Origin: Okamejei kenojei
Taxonomy: Eukaryota
Length of the DNA stretch: 64,000 nt
Reading direction: 5' to 3'
Assembly: GCA_035221665.1 (NCBI GenBank)
Contig: CM069132.1
Location: 32,860,001 to 32,924,000, forward strand
The translations under genes were made by a program, and so were the position numbers. Below the pieces are notes generated by a model, which had not been told where the DNA came from, ran no database searches, and worked only from the letters and a program-made list of their open reading frames with translations. This document shows, piece after piece, positions 50,648 through 63,547 of this stretch (positions are counted from its first letter, which is position 1; every line of letters starts with the position of its first letter).

Positions 50648-51215
50648 AGTTTAATTTAGTTTATTGTCACACGTACTAAGATACAGTGAAAAGCTTTTAG
50701 TTGCGTGCTATCCAGCTGGCAGAAAGACGATACGTGATAACAATTGAGCTGTCCACAGTGTGCAGATACAGGATAAAGGGAATAACACTAAGTGCAAGAT
50801 AAAGTCTGATTAAGGATGGTCCGAGGGTCTTTATTGAGGTAGATGGTAACTCAGGAACGCTCTCTAGTTGGTTTCAGGGTGATTCAGTTGCCTGTTAGCA
50901 GCTGGTAAAAAACTGTCCATGTATCTGAAGGTATGCATTTTGCACTTCTATACCTCTTGGAGAGGGGAGAAGAGGAGTGACCGGAGTGAGACTTGATTAT
51001 GTTGCTGGCCTTGCCAAGGCAGCGTGAAGTGTAGATGGAATCAGTGGAAGGGAGGTTGGTTTGTGTGACGGTCTGGGCAGTGTCCACAATTCTCTGCAAT
51101 TTCTTGCTCTCTTGAATGGAGCTGTTCCCAAACCATGCTGTGATGTATCCTGATAAAATGCTTCTACAGTGCATCTGTAGAAATTAGTGAGAGTTATTGG
51201 GGAAATGGAACATTT
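50648..51215 (-). mobile_element. Rex1/Babar-like LINE C-terminus and tail
   Basis: SILSGYITAWFGNSSIQESKKLQRIVDTAQTVTQTNLPSTDSIYTSRCLGKASNIIK. Confidence 0.8.
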
Positions 51216-51359
51216 GGTGTGCCTTTAACAACCCTTCCATACTCGGGTGCTTTGCCAATCTCTGGAAGATTTGTCCAATTACTTTTAGGGACCCTTCCAT
51301 AAAACAGGCTCTACTGCCTTCCAGTGTCAGAAAGAGCTGCAGATCTATCTTTAAATTAA

Positions 51360-51595
51360 AGGTAGACACAAAATGCTGGAGGAACTTAGCGGGTGAGGCA
51401 GTATCTCTAGAGAGAAGGGATTGGGCGACATTTTGGGTCCAGAACCTTCTTCAGTCTGAAGAAGGGTCTTGACCCGAAACGTCAGCCATATCATTCAGTC
51501 TGAAGAAGGGTCTTGACCCGAAACGTCGCCCATTCCTTCTCTCCAGAGATGCTGCTTCACCCGCTGAGTTACTCCAGCAATTTCTGTCTACCTTC
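51360..51595. repeat. Palindromic Penelope pLTR pair with two tandem hammerhead-like cores
   Basis: ctgaagaagggtcttgacccgaaacgtc at 51456-51483 and 51500-51527, preceded by an inverted degenerate copy. Confidence 0.85.
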
Positions 51596-53289
51596 CACTG
51601 CCTTCCTGATTGCTCACCACTCCAATTCCTTTCCCTTCCTCGGCCCTGTCTTCACCATTCACGCCATTTCCCAATGTCAGTGGGACAAGGAGGGATGTGG
51701 CCTCTGGAATCAGTTAATCTAATTGTTACATCAGTACTTACTCCCCAATTTCAGGCAAGCTTCAGGCCTACCTGTTCTCTGCAATGTGTTTAGTAGAGGT
51801 GAAGCTTGGATGGTTGAAACATTCTTTTGAACGTGCTGCAGCTTTTGTAAATTGTCCACAGGAAGATGTTGAATCACACTGATGAATGTTGCTGCGGTTT
51901 GTTTTTCATTCTTTTACCACCTATAATTTTCCTTGTCAGTAAAATGAAACCTGGGGTTGGTGAGCGCACCAGCCGACATGATAATAGTTTTCAGCAAAGG
52001 AGAGGTGATGGAACAGAGAGCTCTAATGAGACCTAATTGTGCTCTAAATTGTTAAATGATAGGCTGCAAAAAGACAAAGGATTTTCCTAATGTCCATTAT
52101 CGATTGCTTTAGTAAGCCATTTGTTGAAGAAGTTCACCTTCGATTAAATACAAGCCCTTAAGAGGAAGTTACTATAAAGTATCACAGTGGTATTAGCTTT
52201 CACATAACATCTGAAACCAAGCTCACAAATTCTGATGGCTTTTTGGCCATTCCATTAAATCATTCCTGAGTTATAACTCTCCATTTAACCAGACATGTAT
52301 TCTATGTTGAGTGATGAATATGGTTCCCTAACTCCTTTCCTAAATGGCCTAATTATAATGTTCTAGACACTCACAACAAAAAGTATGTTCTCCAAATTTT
52401 CCCTATCAAATCCTTTTTGATTACCTTTGGTACCTTGCAGAGGCATGTAGTAATTAATGAACTGACGCTGGTTTAAGAAATTAAATATTTTAACTCAGCA
52501 AATCAGGCTGCATCAGTGTAAAGAGAAAGAACTGTTTTCATTTCAGATTTCCAGCAACTGAAGTTATTTTGAATTGTGCAACCTTTGTGCTTTCTGGATT
52601 CATGGTGGAGAGCTGAGGTCAGCACATATCCATGGAGAACACGACTTGTCAAACTCAGCCAAGCCTGTTATTCACGCTGTCTATCGCCCAGCTCCCATCT
52701 ACTTTCTGCTTTGTCACAATGTAGTCTGCAACTCAAAATGCTGCATGCAACCAACTAATCTATAGTTCGACACAAACATATTCCAGGCTCCCACCACTTT
52801 CCACTTTGATGAGACCACGCTTGGAATATTTGTCAAGCTTGCATTCGTCCTTGTTGTAACACTGCAAGAGGCTGCAGACAAATATGTCAGTGGGATGGGG
52901 ATTTAAAGTGACAGGTAACAGAGTTGGGCAGACTGAAAACAGGTGATATGTAAAGCAATCCCTTGATCCATACTTGGTTCTCTATCAGAGTCTTCCAGTC
53001 TCAATATCAAATCCTATGACTTTCCAGTATCTGCAGATTCTTTACTGTTCAATCCATGTATGCATGCAGTGAGACGTAGTCAACATGCAGACAGAGAGTC
53101 ATAATATTTTCACCGCAAAAGATAACCAACTCCAATTGCTGAAAACATTAGTGTTCATCCTTGATGTTCAAAGGCATTGCCATCACTGAGCTCCATATAT
53201 CAACATCCTGGTGTTACGTCTAACTGAAGGAAAAATGGACCAGCCACATTCACAGCATGGTTTGAAAATAGCTCCACATTCTTGGTTTA

Positions 53290-53590
53290 AAAATGGCACA
53301 ACGCTTGGGTTGCTGCCTTACAGCACCAGAGACCCGGGTTCGATTCTGACTATCGGTGCTGTCTTTTGTGCGTTTGGAAGTTGGTCGTTCTCCCTGTGAC
53401 AAGTACTCGGTTTCTCCCGCTAAGTACTCGGTTTCCTCCCAAGTTCCAAAGGCGTGCAGGATTGCAGGCTAATTGGCTTCTGTAAATTGTCCCCAATGTA
53501 GAGGATAGAACGAGTGTCTGGATGATCATTGGTCAGCATGGACTCTGGCTGAACGGCCTGTTTGCAGTCTATTTGTCTACAACTTAGATT
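53290..53590 (+). mobile_element. HE1-like SINE
   Basis: gttgctgccttacagcaccagagacccgggttcgattctgac head plus core. Confidence 0.75.
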
Positions 53591-54469
53591 TATAAAACGA
53601 AAAACTTTAACTTTAACTAATTGCTGCCTAGATCCAAAATCTGGCTCTCACTGAGCCGATAAGCCGCTCAACAGCGTAATTTGCAGTAACTGCATATTTC
53701 AATCTCTACAAGGAATGTGTGTCGTGACTGGGTGTGGGATAATCCTCGTCTTCCCAGAGCCTGCTTTCAAAGTTATCTAACGGAGCCACCAGGATCCTTA
53801 AATGACCATTATCTTTTTCTGCCCTGATTCTTGCAAATGCTATTCACCCACTTCTGCAGGCAGGGTTGGGTCACCTCGACCCATGAAATCTTATTCCATG
53901 CAGCACACTCAGCAGGAATGCATAAAACTGCCAAATTGACTTCTTGCAATTGGTGGCATTTTCTTGTGCAAAGTTTTAAATGCCGCAACATTTGTGCACA
54001 GTATTATTAGTGTCTGATTCCTACAGATTGTTCCATGATTGATTTGAACGCAATGTCACCCTTTTGTTATTTTTACCTCCAGCATCACTGCAGTGCAGTT
54101 TCTCAGAAATTCTATTTTAGCTGTGTTCCATCTACATTGAAAAGAAGTGTATAATTATTTGGAATATCTGAAGGCTATTTATAAGGTGTTCCATCTTCAT
54201 TCGAATCTGACATCCTCTAACTTTGAATTAAATTGGGAGAAATGCAGACTCAGAAACAGTTTACCGGGTACATCTGGTCTTGATAATGCATTGGGCTGAT
54301 TGTATGAAATTCACTGTCATTGTCTATTTGATCATCTTGGTTCAAAAATAATTAAAGGACTGCACATTGATATGCACCCTTTCCCATCCTTTGTGCGTTC
54401 CAAAAGATTGCACAGCTCATTAAGTGTTTTTGATGTACAGTCATACACTGGACAAATTCTGTCCTTTTC

Positions 54470-55442
54470 CATAGAAACATAGAAATTAGGTGCAGGAGGA
54501 GGCCATTCAGCCCTTCAAGCCAGCACTGCCATTCATTGTGATCATGGCTGATTGTCCGCTATCAATAACCCGTGCCTGCCTTCTCCCCATATCCCTTGAC
54601 TCCACTAGCCCATAGAGCTCTATCCAACTCTCTCTTAAATCCATCCAGTGATTTGGCCTCCACTGCCATCTGTGGCAGGGAATTCCATAAATTCACAACT
54701 CTCTGGGTAAAAACGTTTTTTCTCACATCAGTCTTAAATGACCTCCCCTTTATTCTAAGACTGGCCCCTGGTTCTGGACTCACCCAACATTGGGAACATT
54801 TTTCCTACATCAAGCTTGTCCAGTCCTTTTATAATTTTATATGTTTCTATAAGATCCGCTCTCATCCTCCTAAACTCCAGTGAATACAAGCCTAGTCTTT
54901 TCAATCTTTCCTCATATGACAGTCCCGCCATCCCAGGGATCAATCTCTTGAACCTACGCTGCACTGCCTCAATCACAAGGATGTCCTTCCTCAAATTATG
55001 AGACCAAAACTGTACACAATACTCCAGATGTGGTCTCACCAGAGCCCTATACAACTGCAGAAGAACCTCTTTACTCTTATACTGAAATCCTCTTGTTATG
55101 AAGGCCAACATTCCATTAGCTTTCTTCACTGCCTGCTGTACCTGCACGCCAACTTTCAGTGACCGGTGTACAAGGATACCCAGGTCTCGCTGTACCGCCC
55201 CCTTACCTAACCTAACCCCATTGAGATAATAATCTGCCCGCTTGTTTTTTTCTGCCAAAGTGGATAACCTCACATTTATTTATATTTTACTGCATCTGCC
55301 ACGCATCTGCCCACTCACTCAACCTGTCCAGGTCCCCCTGCAACCTTCTAACATCCTCTTCACAGTTCACACTGCCACCCAGCTTTGTGTCATCTGCAAA
55401 CTTGCTAGTGTTGCTCCTAATTCCCTCTTCCAAATCATTAAT
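54470..55442 (-). mobile_element. CR1 LINE 3' ~1 kb
   Basis: ORF 54755-55273 ([33 protein letters not shown]); (catagaaa)n at the tail end. Confidence 0.92.
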
Positions 55443-55891
55443 GGCCATGGCCACTGTCTGCACTGAGCTTTCTCTGTATTGCCACTGGTTTATGTATATC
55501 CTCCATTAAATATGGAGATCAAAATTATGCACAATAGTCAAGAGTCAAGTAAAGAGTGTTTTATTGTCATATGTCCCAGATAGGACAATGAAATTCTTGC
55601 TTGCTGCAGTACAACGGAATATGTAAACATAGTGCATAATGGGGAAAAAACAAGTTCAGTGTGCATATATACACATTCACACATACTCAATAAATAAACA
55701 AATATAGTGCAATAATAATAATAATAGTCTGTTGTAGTTCAGAGCCTATTTGTTGTTGTGTTTAATAGCCGGATGGCTGTAGGGAGGAAGCTGTTCCTGA
55801 ACCTGGATGTTACAGTTTTCAGGCTTCTATGCTGCCAGGTGTATTGTGATAACAGATAAGAAAAATAAAATCAGAATTGTACGAAATTGTA

Positions 55892-56310
55892 TGGCGGCAC
55901 AGTGTCACAGCGGTATATTTGCTCCCTTATAGCGCCAGAGACTGGGGTTCGATCCTGACTATGGGTGCTGACTGTGTGTTATCCCTGTGACCTGCGTGGG
56001 TTTTCTCCGGGTACTCCGGTTTCCTCCCACACTCCAAAGATGTACAGGTTTATTGGCTAATTGGCTTGGTATATTTGTAAATGTTGTTTCTGCTGTGTGC
56101 GGATGTTCATGTTAAATTCTATCGTGTATTGTGTATACGGCTGTATGGTAACTCAAATCTCACTGTACCAATTGGTGCATGTGACAATAAATGTAAACAT
56201 GAACTTAAACTTGAAGATAGTGTTAGTGTGTGGTTATCGCTGGTTGACGTGGACTCAATGGGCCAAAGGGCCTGATTCGATGTTGCATCTCTAGCCTAAA
56301 ATAAATAAAA
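55892..56310 (+). mobile_element. HE1-like SINE carrying an inserted LINE-tail fragment (~56081-56213)
   Basis: The SINE core is interrupted by ctgtatggtaactcaaatctcactgtac..gtgacaataaa, similar to 50555-50607. Confidence 0.7.
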
Positions 56311-57019
56311 TAAACTAAAATGCACAGCGATTTTGTTGATTGATTAAAAAAGAAGAACTTGGGCAGGACTGCTCTGGCTCCAAATTGTCTGCCTGGAGGA
56401 GCAGCATTTGAATGTACTTTCAATTTAGTAACAATAATGACACAGCTTCCAGTGCAGTAGAAGACCAAACTCAGTTTGGGAAAGTGCTTTGTGAATGCCT
56501 CCGAGTAGTTGCAAGCATGACTACTACCTTCCAGAACCTGTTGCTTGAATTCTCCGCTTTATGCCCACTTTGTCCTCCTGTTTTTGACCTCCATCGCTAT
56601 TTCAATGACTTTTTCGAGGATCATGTATTTTAATTCAGATAATTGTAGGATTTGATCCACAAGACTGACCTCAACAGTTTGAGAAGGCAATCCTGTGAAC
56701 TCCCATTCATTCTTCCCCTCATAACTAGTCCCATTACCATTCCCTTGCAGTGCAATTTCTCAGTCATTCCACCTCCCCTGCCCTTTTCATCACCACAGGC
56801 TTTTGCTGCTGTGCCTTCTTCCCCTTTCCTTGCCTTTGTATTGTTTAAAATATCTTGGACCTTTCCCAGTTCTGATTCAGGTCATTGACCTGTATCATAG
56901 AAGGCTACCTAACCTACTGAACATTATCAGGATTTTCTATTTGTTTTTCAATAGTAGAAAGCTTGTGTTTATATAGCTCCTTTTATGACATGAAGACTTC
57001 AAAACGTTTCACACGCAAC

Positions 57020-57555
57020 GAACATAGAACATAGAACTGTACAGCACAGGAACAGACCCATCGACCCACAATGTCCATGCCAAACATGATGCTAAGTTAA
57101 ACTCATCTCTTCTGCCCATAAGTGACCAATGTCCCTCCATTCCCTGCATATTCACAATGCTATCTAAATGCCTCTTAAACACCAGGTGTGGGTGCTGCCT
57201 CCACCAGCATCCATGGCACCGTGTTCCAGGCACAAACACGGTGCCTGTTTGTGTAAAAAATATTTGCCCTGCACCTCTCCTTTAAATGTTACCCATCTCC
57301 CCTTAAAGCTATGCCCTCTAGTCATTGACATTTCAACCCTGCGAAACAGGTGCTGATTGTCTGCCTATTAAAGCTGAATTTAGGGTTAAGGAATACCCAG
57401 ATGTGTGGGTGGATTAGACGACACTCTCCACCAGAGTCAGGTCAGTCAGTTGGGGAGAAGGCGGGAGAATGGTGTTATGAGGGTGAGATAGATCAGCTGT
57501 GATTGAATGGCGGAGTAGACTTGATGGGCCAAATGGCCTAAATCTGCACCTATTG
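57020..57555. mobile_element. CR1 tail fragments (-, 57020-57360; +, 57450-57555)
   Basis: (acataga)n with acagcacaggaacag; gatgggccaaatggcctaa. Confidence 0.65.
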
Positions 57556-60154
57556 CTAATGACTTTATTACCATATGAAAATAATAGCCCATCCTTTATA
57601 TGCAAATATAAATTTTGTGTATTTTATTTCTATTGGAGGTACAGCCAAGAGAAATGTTCCAAATCTTTAACAAAAATGAACAAAGGTACCTTGTTTTCTA
57701 ACATTGAAGATTTGCTAAATAACACATTAACTTCTACATTGTAATTAGGTTGCCATTATTACAGAAACGTCTTGTTAAGAAAATGCCAGTTATTTATATA
57801 AAAAGTCTTATATAAAAAAAACAAGTATAAGGTTGTTTTGTGGTTTAAAATGTTACTCTGAAAAGAACATACTATAAACACACTGGTATATTTTTAGGTC
57901 AAAGGTTTCAGTAGTTTTTTTTTAAATTTGCAATTAAAGTACATTTATTTAACTTCTGCTCTATCTTTTCTTCCATCACATTACTGATTTTATATTTCAA
58001 TATAGAGCAGAAAAGAAAGTAGAATTTGATACGTGAATTGTATATTTTGCAAAATAATCTATTCCTTTTGGCCTTTCACACAATCATTTTGAAACCATTA
58101 GAATAATGTGGCAGAAGATTTGTACTGTAGGATTGTACAAATATAATCTAAGATACCCATTAACCTGCTAAAAGATTTTCCAAATATCCTCATTCCTAAA
58201 TCTCATTAGAAATACATTAAATTTTTGAACTTCAAAATGTATGCATCTTTGGTTTCAACAGTCAGCATGGAACATTTCAAAATGCATCATTGAATTTTAA
58301 AGTAAAATGCAAATGTTTTATTTCTTGTCTGTGATATTTGGGTAGCAAGCACCAGAAGGGATAATTTTTTGATAGTGCGCTGGTTAATGTGTTCAGAAAT
58401 AAATCCTTTATGTATAACTTTAATATAATCAAAAAACTGCTTAAATAAATTAGACTGGATTGAAATCCATTTCCAGTGTTCTATTAGTATAAATTAAAGT
58501 TCTTTGTGGAAAACATCAATGACCTTACTAAATTCAGATTGCCAAAACCATAGAATTGTTACAATGCAGCAGGAAGCCTTTCCGCCTCTCCCAGATACTT
58601 AAAACCAGCATTCAGCCACTTTCTTCCTTTTATTTTCCTTGTTCCACAATAAACAATTTTCCTCAAATAAAACCCTCCAATAACCCGAACAACTATTTCC
58701 TCCATTGTTGCAGGTAATGAGTTCTAGATGATTATCTGTCTCAGAATGAAAATATTTCAGGTCACCACCATAAATCATTTTTATTAAAAATTTGCTTTAT
58801 TGCTTGTTTTTGTCAATGTATAGAAGGGTGTAAACCTGTTGCAGGTAAATGGGAATATTGTAGATAGGGTCAATGGGCAGTGTGGGCATGTGGGCTGAAG
58901 AGGCTGTTACAGTGCTTTATGACACTATGATTATGTGCTGTATGACTCTGTAACTATGATTCTAGAAAACAAGGAAAATCGAATAACAAACAAAATCTTT
59001 CTCTCATAAGCCCACTTTTTAAAAATTGAATTGTGTTATGCACTCTAAGAATATTGAGCACTCAGCATGACCTTATGTAACACTAATCTGACACCTGCCC
59101 TTCTACTACCGAGCGGCAGATATGCACCTAACACTCTGTGTGGGTCAATCTCAGGAAATGAAGCAAGGGCAGTGATAGGAGGACTCACACACTTAAGGGA
59201 TCCTTAAGCATAGGCGGGTTTGTTAAGAAATACGCACAGAGTGCAGGAGTAACTCAGCAGGTCAGGTTTAGGATAAATAGGTAACGTTTTGGGCCAGGAC
59301 CCAAAATGTTACCTATTCATGTCCTCCAGAGATACTCCACCACTTTGTATTTTTTTTGTAAACCAGCATCTGCAGTTCCTTTTGTCTACATTGCCAAGGA
59401 ATGGGTTGGAGGAGAGCCTGTGGCTTACGTTAGAACTACAAGAATTGTCAAACTTTTTTCTGCTTACGATGGATTGTCTTTGTGATGCTTCTGGTGAAAT
59501 GGGGATTAGATATATGGAAACTCATGAGTACCCAAATGGAGAATGGCATCTAAGAATGGGCTAGATCTGGAGAGATGGATGTCCATAAGTGTAGGATGCA
59601 TCTTGAAAGTCAGAAGGTTCCTTGTCAGGGCTGGGGAAGGAGAGATGGATGAGGGTATTGTCTCCTCTGTGCTACTGAAAACACGACTATTCCTGGCACC
59701 AATGCCTCTAACCTTCTGAGCCTGTAGGAAATCTAGTGCCACCTGCCAATCTGAGCTACCGTTCCAGTTAGTGAGTGCATTGCATTGCAGCAGCCAAGTT
59801 TACTTTAGGTCTAAGTGTGTAATTGGGCCTATATGAATATTTGGTCGGGATGATAATGATAGAATTTGTGGTATGCTTGGTGTTGGAGCAGTGATTCACG
59901 GAGCAGTTTATGTATAGAGGTACCGACGATTTGATGATGGGATCCCGAAACTTGACCACATGTTTAAGTTTGTTAAACCTCTAGCACTGCAAGAGCCAGG
60001 GCATGCGGTTTGTTTCTACTCAACACCTTGTCACAAGTGCACATTACAATTATGTGGTCATTGAGCTCACAGGATCTCTCTCCATGTCTCCAGCTCTTTG
60101 GCTGATCTTGCCAAAGTGGGGTCAGTGAAGCAAGGTGACTGCTCCTGCATGCTT

Positions 60155-60405
60155 AATTTAGTTTAGAGATACAGGCCCTTTGGCCCACCGAGTCCGCACT
60201 AACCAGTGATCCCCGCATACTAACACTATCCTACACACACTCGGGACAATTTTAGATTTTTATACCGAGCCAATTAACCTACAAACCTGTACATCTTTGA
60301 AGTGTGGGAGGAAACCGAAGGAACCTCGGAGAACGTACAGACTCCTCACAGACAGCACCCGTAATCTGGATCGAACCCGGGTACCTGGCGCAGTAGCTCT
60401 ACCGC
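60155..60405 (-). mobile_element. HE1-like SINE
   Basis: tttagtttagagatacaggccctttggcccaccgag...ggatcgaacccggg...gctctaccgc. Confidence 0.8.
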
Positions 60406-61629
60406 CTGCTGACCTGCTGTGGTTTGATGTTGTAGCAGTATGAACTCACAAAGCATTACCTGTCAATTGTGGTAGTAATCAGTGATCGCCTCCTCTTTCA
60501 GTGGCCTGTATTTGTGTGTGTGTTAGAGAAATGAAATTATGCTGGAGTATGAATCAGTGCCAGTTAGGGCCAATTGGATTCGTGTAGGATTGATACATAC
60601 AACACCACCACCCCTGACTGCAAGATTTGCAAACAGTCACAAGCCAGGATTTCATTTCCGCCAATTGTGCAAAAATCAAATTTAGGAATTAACAAATGAC
60701 AATCAACTAGAATTCACGGTGTGTGAGATACATGTCTTTGTTTACGGTTGAGCCATAATTATAATCTTTATCTGAGGGTTGACCCAACCTCACCCTCTCT
60801 TGCGCACCTCCCATCCTATGAGCTGAGCACATGTACTGATGATCTTCTCATGGGTCAATCCACTCTTGTTCCAAGACGGCACAATGATCAAGACTCGCTG
60901 ACTGCAGCCTTTGTCTCCGTGAAACACCTGCCAATGTATGCTTGTAAGTAATAAGGTTACATCTCCCCAACCATACTCAAATTGTGCAGAGAGCTCATAC
61001 TTGTAAAGTAATTGCCATTGGTTTTTCATACCTGTAATTTGCAGTTTCCTCTTTAATCTTGCATGGTATTATATTTCCACCTTCTCTGTCCCAAGTAAAA
61101 GCTCATACTTTCTTTTCCTGTGTCTGGATCATTGACTACGTAATCGCAATTGAACTATATTTCGAGTGAGCTTGATTACAATCGGATAGCATTTCAGGTG
61201 GGAAATTAAAAAATCCAATTCTTCTTCCCATTGTATTGTTTCTACCTTTGCGTTTATCCATTTCTATCGTTTGTTGAAATAATTTGACTTAACCACTCCA
61301 TTGTTATTGATGAAATGTCATTCTGTTAGCAAACCGATCCTTCACACAGTGGGATTTCGATTCAAGTAGTTCTGTTTGTTTGCATTTTGGAGTGCTGCTT
61401 AATGGTTTTTAGTTCCAAAATGATTTGAGCATTTCGCATTTGCAAAGACTTTGGGGATGGATCCAGACTTTTTGGAGCCGTGGTTGCAACGGTTTTATGG
61501 ATTTCAGAGGTTTTTGGACTGGCAAAAACCACAGGATGGAAATCCTCGCCAACCTCATTCTCTCACAGCTTATATACTTGTAGACACAAGGAAATACAGA
61601 TGCGTCTTGAGAATCTTGAGGAAAACACA

Positions 61630-63443
61630 AATAGACAATAGACTATAGGTGCAGGAGTGGGCCATTCGGCCCTTCGAGCCAGCACTGCCATTCACTGTGA
61701 TCATGGCTGATCATTCCCAATCAGTACCCCATTCCTGCTTTCTCCCCATATGCCCTGACTCCGCTATCTTTAAGAGCCCATCTAGATCTCTCTTGAAAGT
61801 ATCCAGAGAACTGGCCTCCATGGCCCTCTGAGGCTGAGAATTCCACACACTCGCAACTCTCTGTGAGAAAAAGTGTTTCCTCGTCTCCATTCTAAATGGC
61901 TTCCCCTTATTCTTAAACTGTGGCCCCTGGTTCTACATTCACCCAACATTGGGAACATGTTTCCTGCCTCTAGTGTGTCCAGACCGTTAATGATCTTATA
62001 TGTTTCAATAAGAATCCCTATCATCCTTCTAAAGTCCAGCGTATACAAGCCCAGCCGCTCCATTCCCTCAGCATATGACAGTCCCGCCATCCTGGGAATT
62101 AAACTTGTAAACCTACGCGGCACTCTCTCAACAGCTAGAATGTCCTTCCTCAAATTAGGGGACCAAAACTGCACACAATACTCCAGGTGTGGTCTTACTA
62201 GGGCCCTATACAACTGCAGAAGGACCTTTTTGCTCCTAAACACAATTCCTCTTGTTATAAAGGCCAACATGCCATTCGCTTTCTTCACTGCCTGCTGTAC
62301 CTGCATGCTTATTTTCATTGACTGATGAACAAGGACCTACATATCCCGTTGTACTTCCCCTTTTCCCAACTTGACACCATTTAGATAATAATCTACCTTC
62401 CTGTTTTTACTACCAAAGTGGATAACCTCACATTTATCCACATTAAATTATCCACAATAACCTGTCCTAGTCACCCTGCATTCTCATAACATCCTCCTCA
62501 CAGTTCACACAGCCACCCAGCTTTGTGTCATCTGCAAATTTGCTAATGTTACTTTGAATCCCTTCATCTAAATCATTGATGTATAATGTAAATAGCTGCG
62601 GTCCCAACACCGAGACTTGCAGTACCCCACTAGTCACTGCCTGCCATTTGAAATGGACCCGTTAAGCCCTACTCTTTGTTTCCTGTCTGCCAACCAATTT
62701 TCTATCCATGTGAGCACTCTACCCCCAGTACCCCATTCCTGCCTTCTCCCCATATGCCCTGACTCCTCTATCTTTAAGAGCCCTATCTAGATCTCTCTTG
62801 AACGTATCCAGAGAACTGGCCTCCATGGCCCTCTGAGGCTGAGAATTCCACACACTCGCAACTCTCTGTGAGAAAAAGTGTTTCCTATGTGGGACCTTAT
62901 CAAATGTTTTCTGAAAGTCCAGGTACACGACATCCACTGACTCTCCCTTGTCCATTTTCCTAGTTACATGCTCAAAAGATTCCAGAAGATTAGTCAAGCA
63001 TGATTTCCCCTTCGTAAATCCGATCCTGTTACTGCTAACCAAATGTGCCGCTATTTCATCTTTTATAATTGCCTCCAGCATCTTCCCCACCACCGATGTC
63101 AGGCTAACTGGTCTATAATTCTCTGTTTTCTCTCTCCCGCCTTTCTTAAAAAGTGGGATAACATTAGCTACCCTCCAATCCACAGGAACTTATCCTGAAT
63201 CTATAGGACATTGGAAAATTATCACCAATGATTTCTAGAGCCACTTCCTTAATTACCCTGGAATGCAGACCATCAGGCCCTGGGGATTTATCAGCCTTGT
63301 CCCATCAGTCTACCCAGCACCATTTCCCACCTAATGTGGATTTCCTTCAGTTCCTCCGTCACCCCAGATCCTGTGGCCACTAGTACATCAGGAAGATTGT
63401 TTGTGTCCACCTTAGTGAAGACGGATCCAAAGTACCTGTTCAA
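61630..63443 (-). mobile_element. CR1 LINE (RT to tail) with an internal copy of its own 3' segment
   Basis: ORFs 62719-63183 and 61782-62318; 62726-62886 duplicates 61722-61881. Confidence 0.92.
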
Positions 63444-63547
63444 AGTATTCAAAGTATTCAGCCGATCAGGCAGCTTCTTTGGAGGAAATGGACAGGCAGC
63501 ATTTTGTGTCTGAACGCTTCCTCAGACTGGGCCATGAACAAAACATT

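Noticed and set aside
60775-60950. Open frame ending at gtaagt
   Set aside because: Weak acceptor and no recognisable protein similarity.
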